A stretch of DNA of 64,000 nucleotides, taken from positions 1 through 64,000 of the forward strand of contig RSEE01000133.1 in NCBI GenBank assembly GCA_003971905.1, written 5' to 3'. How positions within the stretch are numbered: position 1 is the stretch's first letter; every line of letters starts with the position of its first letter. The DNA is from Moniliella sp. 'wahieum' (lineage: Eukaryota). The translations under genes and the position numbers were made by a program. The notes below the pieces were generated by a model. That model worked only from the letters and a program-made list of their open reading frames with translations. It searched no databases and was not told the DNA's origin. Positions 60,268 through 64,000 of this stretch are shown in pieces.

Positions 60268-62612
60268 TCAAGAAGAGCCCAGAGCCAATTCATAAACTCT
60301 CTGCTCATCGTTCCCCGGATTGAGGAGGACGAACGCCGATCGCTAATCAGCACGGGAGGAAACGGGGGCTCTGTCCAGTCGTGTCTCTGCTTTCCCGCCC
60401 GCATCACCCGCACCGCTTGCCCTGAGACGAGGGAGAAATTGTGCCCTCTGATGACCTGCTCCAACTTTCCATGGACACTGCGGATCTCAATGAGCGCGGA
60501 CTGATCCCGATCACGTCCTCGCCCTGCTGCACCACGCTCACCGGCTTACATTCCCACCGGAATGTTTTTTTGCAGGCTGTCGGGCAAGACGCGGGCAAAG
60601 GCATGGGGGGCGTATTCAACGTAAAGGCCATAATCACGATAAGCGAGGAGAATAATGTTGCGCTCCGATTGGACCCGGAGTAGGATGGCACGCAAAACAT
60701 CCCGAGTACCTTACTTTTTTCCACTCTTTGCGCGCTTCCCTCATGTCGGGCGTTCCCTGGTTCATGATGGTTTCATGCAAGGAGGCTGGAGTAGCCCCAC
60801 ACATCGTCCGTTCTGCCCATGGAATGGTCACGCCCTTTGCCCCTGCCCCTGCCCCAGGCGCCAGCCCAGTCAGAAGACGAAACGCTAAAGTTGGGAAGAC
60901 CGATGGGCGGCTTGGTCCGGTCCACGTCAATCATATCCACTCCAGTGTCATGAACGATAGCCAAGCCAGTGTCGTACAATGAGAAGCGGAAAGAGCCAGT
61001 GCGTTTGGCGGTCCCGAAGGGTTTTGCCTCTTCAAACATCGCGTCACAACAGGAAATCATATTATGTGTGGCTGTGTCGTCCGATGGGTGCGTACAAACC
61101 CATTTATCTTGTCCATCCGCGGGCCCCTTGACGAAGGCGAGTCGCAGTTGACGGAAGTTCAATTTTCCCTTTTGCTGCCAAACCAGGGTTGGCGTATGGT
61201 TCACCATGCCAACAGTCCATCTGTGCCACCTCTTCTTTCGTCTCCAGTTCATCCGCACCGCCTCAAGCCCTCTGGGATGGGGACAACAATTGAGGGTTAT
61301 AAGGGAGGCAATGGCATGGGCGTGCAGGTTGCCGTCCGACTGGAGCAGAAGTATACCTTGATAAGCGCCCCCCACTCGCGAGAGAAACAAGGCCATGTCT
61401 TCCACTTTTGTGCCACATGGAGAACTTGACACATCTTCCCATTCGCACGTTCCCCAACCCACACCCCCATGCGCGTAGCCACCGCCAAGAACTCGCGATC
61501 GTCGGGTGCGAAACACAATGGCCTTGACCAATCACCAGACAAGTGCATACCGCTAGTTGAGACCGGGGTGAGCTACTACGTCTTGGCCTGCACAGGCAGC
61601 AATAAACGGTTCCGTGGACAGGAGGGTGAGACACATTGGCCCACCCATGGCGCTGAAAGTGTCCTGCCGGCGGTTCATTGGGTGATGTCTTAGCTTGGTA
61701 TACAGGTGTTTCCGAAGTTCAGGGTGAGAAATGTACAGCGTTAACAGGCCGTGTGCTGCATGGCCCACGGAAAAGGGGTACCATTCCCTCCCCTCGTGTG
61801 TCTCGGCCGGGTCAGTGAATAAGCCCAACTCGACCACCTCGAGAGGGATGGGCTTTGCGCTGTGCGCCAGTCTCCCTTTTTGCAGTCATTCCGACGACAA
61901 ATGTACAGAAGGGAGGACGAAGTAGACATACACGTTCGAACAGACGGGATCCCTTGGTTGTGCCGCAGTTTTCAAGGCCACGAGCATAGGGTGGAAAGGA
62001 TGTTTGGTAAAAGTCACGGTTCGCCTCGCCCGGCAAGCCCGTCTCATAGAAAAACGTTTTTGGAGAAACCTGAACATCCTCGAGTATGAACATGTACGAG
62101 TGAGTCACGACCAAACGTAGCTCCGTCGCACTGGGGAAAGATTTGACGGGGTAATCGGCCACCACCCTTGCATCCGGCTGGTCCAATCCGACACTTTGCA
62201 TAGTCATTGCGTCGCCAAGGGACGCGGTTCCCTTCCACAGGAGAGTATGGTACAAAAGGAACGCGTCGGCCCTGGCAATTTCCAAGGGCAGTAAATCTTT
62301 GTCAATCCGGTCCGTCACTTGCTCGATGATCTGTCGAGCGCGGTCCAATTGCACTGCCTCGCTCTGAGCTTCCTCTCTCGACAAGTAGCGGGAATCGTTC
62401 CTGATTAACTTGTCGAGCAAGCGGCTGTACAGGCGCAAGAAAGAGATGCCTTTATCCATCATTAATTTGAGATCCCGCCTGTCATTTCTTCGCACATTGC
62501 GCAACATGACTTTTGTGAAGTGTGCAAACGGCGGGTTGCGCACACTTTCAAGGTTCAGCATCACCTTTGCCATCGGGAACCCCCTCATATAGCGCAGCAC
62601 CGCCCTCTCCAT
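60268..62612 (-). CDS. Highly diverged, N-terminally truncated DH-PH-CNH RhoGEF-like protein (Tus1/Rgf3/Rom2 type)
   Basis: DH C-terminal half (RYMRGFPMAK..NPPFAHF..RRDLKLMMDKGISFLRLYSRLLDKL), PH-like (LRLVVTHSYMFIL..LTLYISHPELRKHLYTKL), CNH-like (KVLGMF..FRWECKPVSV..IGISPRS..EQVIRGHNFSLV). Assigned from remembered motif patterns only. Confidence 0.68.
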
Positions 62613-63060
62613 CGGTCTTGTTCGTGTTCTTTCGTTTGTTTCTCGAGTCGTTTGTTCCTCGTTTGTTCCTCGTTTGCACTTCGTTTGTAAAGTCAACTCC
62701 GCGCGACTGGACCTGTGTGGCCTTTCGTTCATTTCCTCAACCCCCCCCCCGCTACCATTTGTGGTGCTCTACCCTTACTACGGTCAAGTTGCATGGTTCG
62801 AATGTGTTGCGTTGCGGGTCGCCTTTCCTTTTGTTCTCCTCACCCCCACCCCCATCCCCACCTTTGTAGAAGCGTATTCCTGCATGCCCCGTGTCTCCCT
62901 CCTCCAAACTCGGCTCTCTGTCCTGGTTCTGGACTTCTGCGACCCCCCCGCAGGGGACGCATCAATAACGAACAACAGACAGACATGGCAAAGCGGAATT
63001 GGCGCAGGCTGCCGCCCCGCCCCTCCGTGCAGCCCGTACAGCCCATACAGGCATGCGTAC

Positions 63061-63970
63061 TTACTTTTTGACCGCCATGATTTCGAACACGCTCAGCATG
63101 GCAAAGCACGTGTAGAACAAGCCGAGCGGATAGGCGACCAACAACCGTTGCTCGCTCATGCCTGTAATCGAAACAAAGATGCCCGACGCACTGGATGCAC
63201 ACCACAAAATCGTGAGCGAGGCAAACAAGTACCCGTACCATTGACTGACCGCGCCCGCGCGAGCCGCCGTCAGTACTGTGCCTTGTTGTGGATCGAAAAG
63301 AGCCAGAGGGAGAGGGAGAGAGGGAGAGGGAGGACGTACTCGAGCCGCAAAAAGAGGCCTACAAACGCCGGGAGGCAGAGGGGCAAGATGCAGTAGCCGA
63401 GCACGGAGGAGACGCGGTACATGTCAATTCCATCTTCGAGCATCATGTTGAGCAGGAGGTAGATGGAGATGTCGCCGAGCACGGCGACGCCGTAGATGTA
63501 GCCAAACTGGGACTTGCCGGCCAAGAGCAGCATGGTGCCAAAGAGCATGCAGAAGATAAAGGGGCCGGCGAGGTCGGCGTCGTCCATCATGTGGGCGTCG
63601 CGCGGGTGGGAGGAGGAGTAGGAGTGGAAGGGGGACAGGACGGTGAGGGTCTTGTCGCGGATGTGGCCGAGGTTGATGCCGAGCTCCTCGAGGAGGCCGG
63701 GCTCGTCGGGGAAGCCGCCGGTGGTGAGGGCGTCCCAGAGGGTCATCTCGCCGCCGACGCGGCCGGCGAGGGCGGCGGGGTGGAGGGGTAGGCGCTGGCC
63801 ATGGAGCCCTCGAGGGCGGGGGTGGAGAGGGCGCGGCCGGGGGCAGGCGGGGGGGCGTACGCGTCCTGCGCGTAGCCGCCGCTGTAGAACTGGAGGCCGG
63901 GCGCGGCGCGCGCGTAGGGATCGTACCCGCCGCCGCCGTAGGGCGTCGAGGAGTCGAAGAGCGCAGACAT
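63061..63970 (-). CDS. YIP1: Yip1 Golgi/ER membrane protein
   Basis: DEPGLLEELGINLGHIRDKTLTVL, MMDDADLAGP, FGYIYG, VSSVLGYCILP, intron 63245-63339, QRLLVAYPLGLFY. Confidence 0.95.
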
Positions 63971-64000
63971 GGGCGTGGCGGTGGCAGCGCCCTGGGCGGC

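Noticed and set aside
1..64000. Many long antisense or overlapping ORFs
   Set aside because: They are expected shadows of GC-rich coding sequence with few stop codons.

Overview
Eukaryotic, GC-rich, intron-poor fungal genomic DNA, most likely a basidiomycete (inferred from spliceosomal GT-AG introns with CTRAC branch points, intron-containing tRNAs and protein styles). Almost every long gene is split by 1-2 nt indels, most simply explained as long-read consensus errors, so CDS bounds are reconstructed across frames and partly approximate. Recognisable genes: THI6, a type I DnaJ, an aldehyde reductase (plus an inverted degenerate paralog at the left edge), GID8, a vWA protein, a C2H2 factor, ERV46, importin alpha, a copper-fist factor, head-to-head RPS22/RPS17, a secreted aspartic protease, an FHA protein, a Pex11-family protein, OLE1, a Dabb protein, a PACT-domain coiled-coil protein, a truncated DH-PH-CNH RhoGEF-like gene and YIP1. 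There are also four tRNAs (Lys, Glu, Leu, Ile) and many microsatellites. No CRISPR array, rRNA or intact transposon was seen, and I cannot demonstrate a novel system. The best leads are a large Gly-rich repeat inserted in the protease catalytic lobe, a Ki-67-like FHA architecture, two adjacent strongly diverged cell-division-type genes, recurring in-frame TAG codons, and an ORF-poor hairpin-containing block at 35-39 kb.
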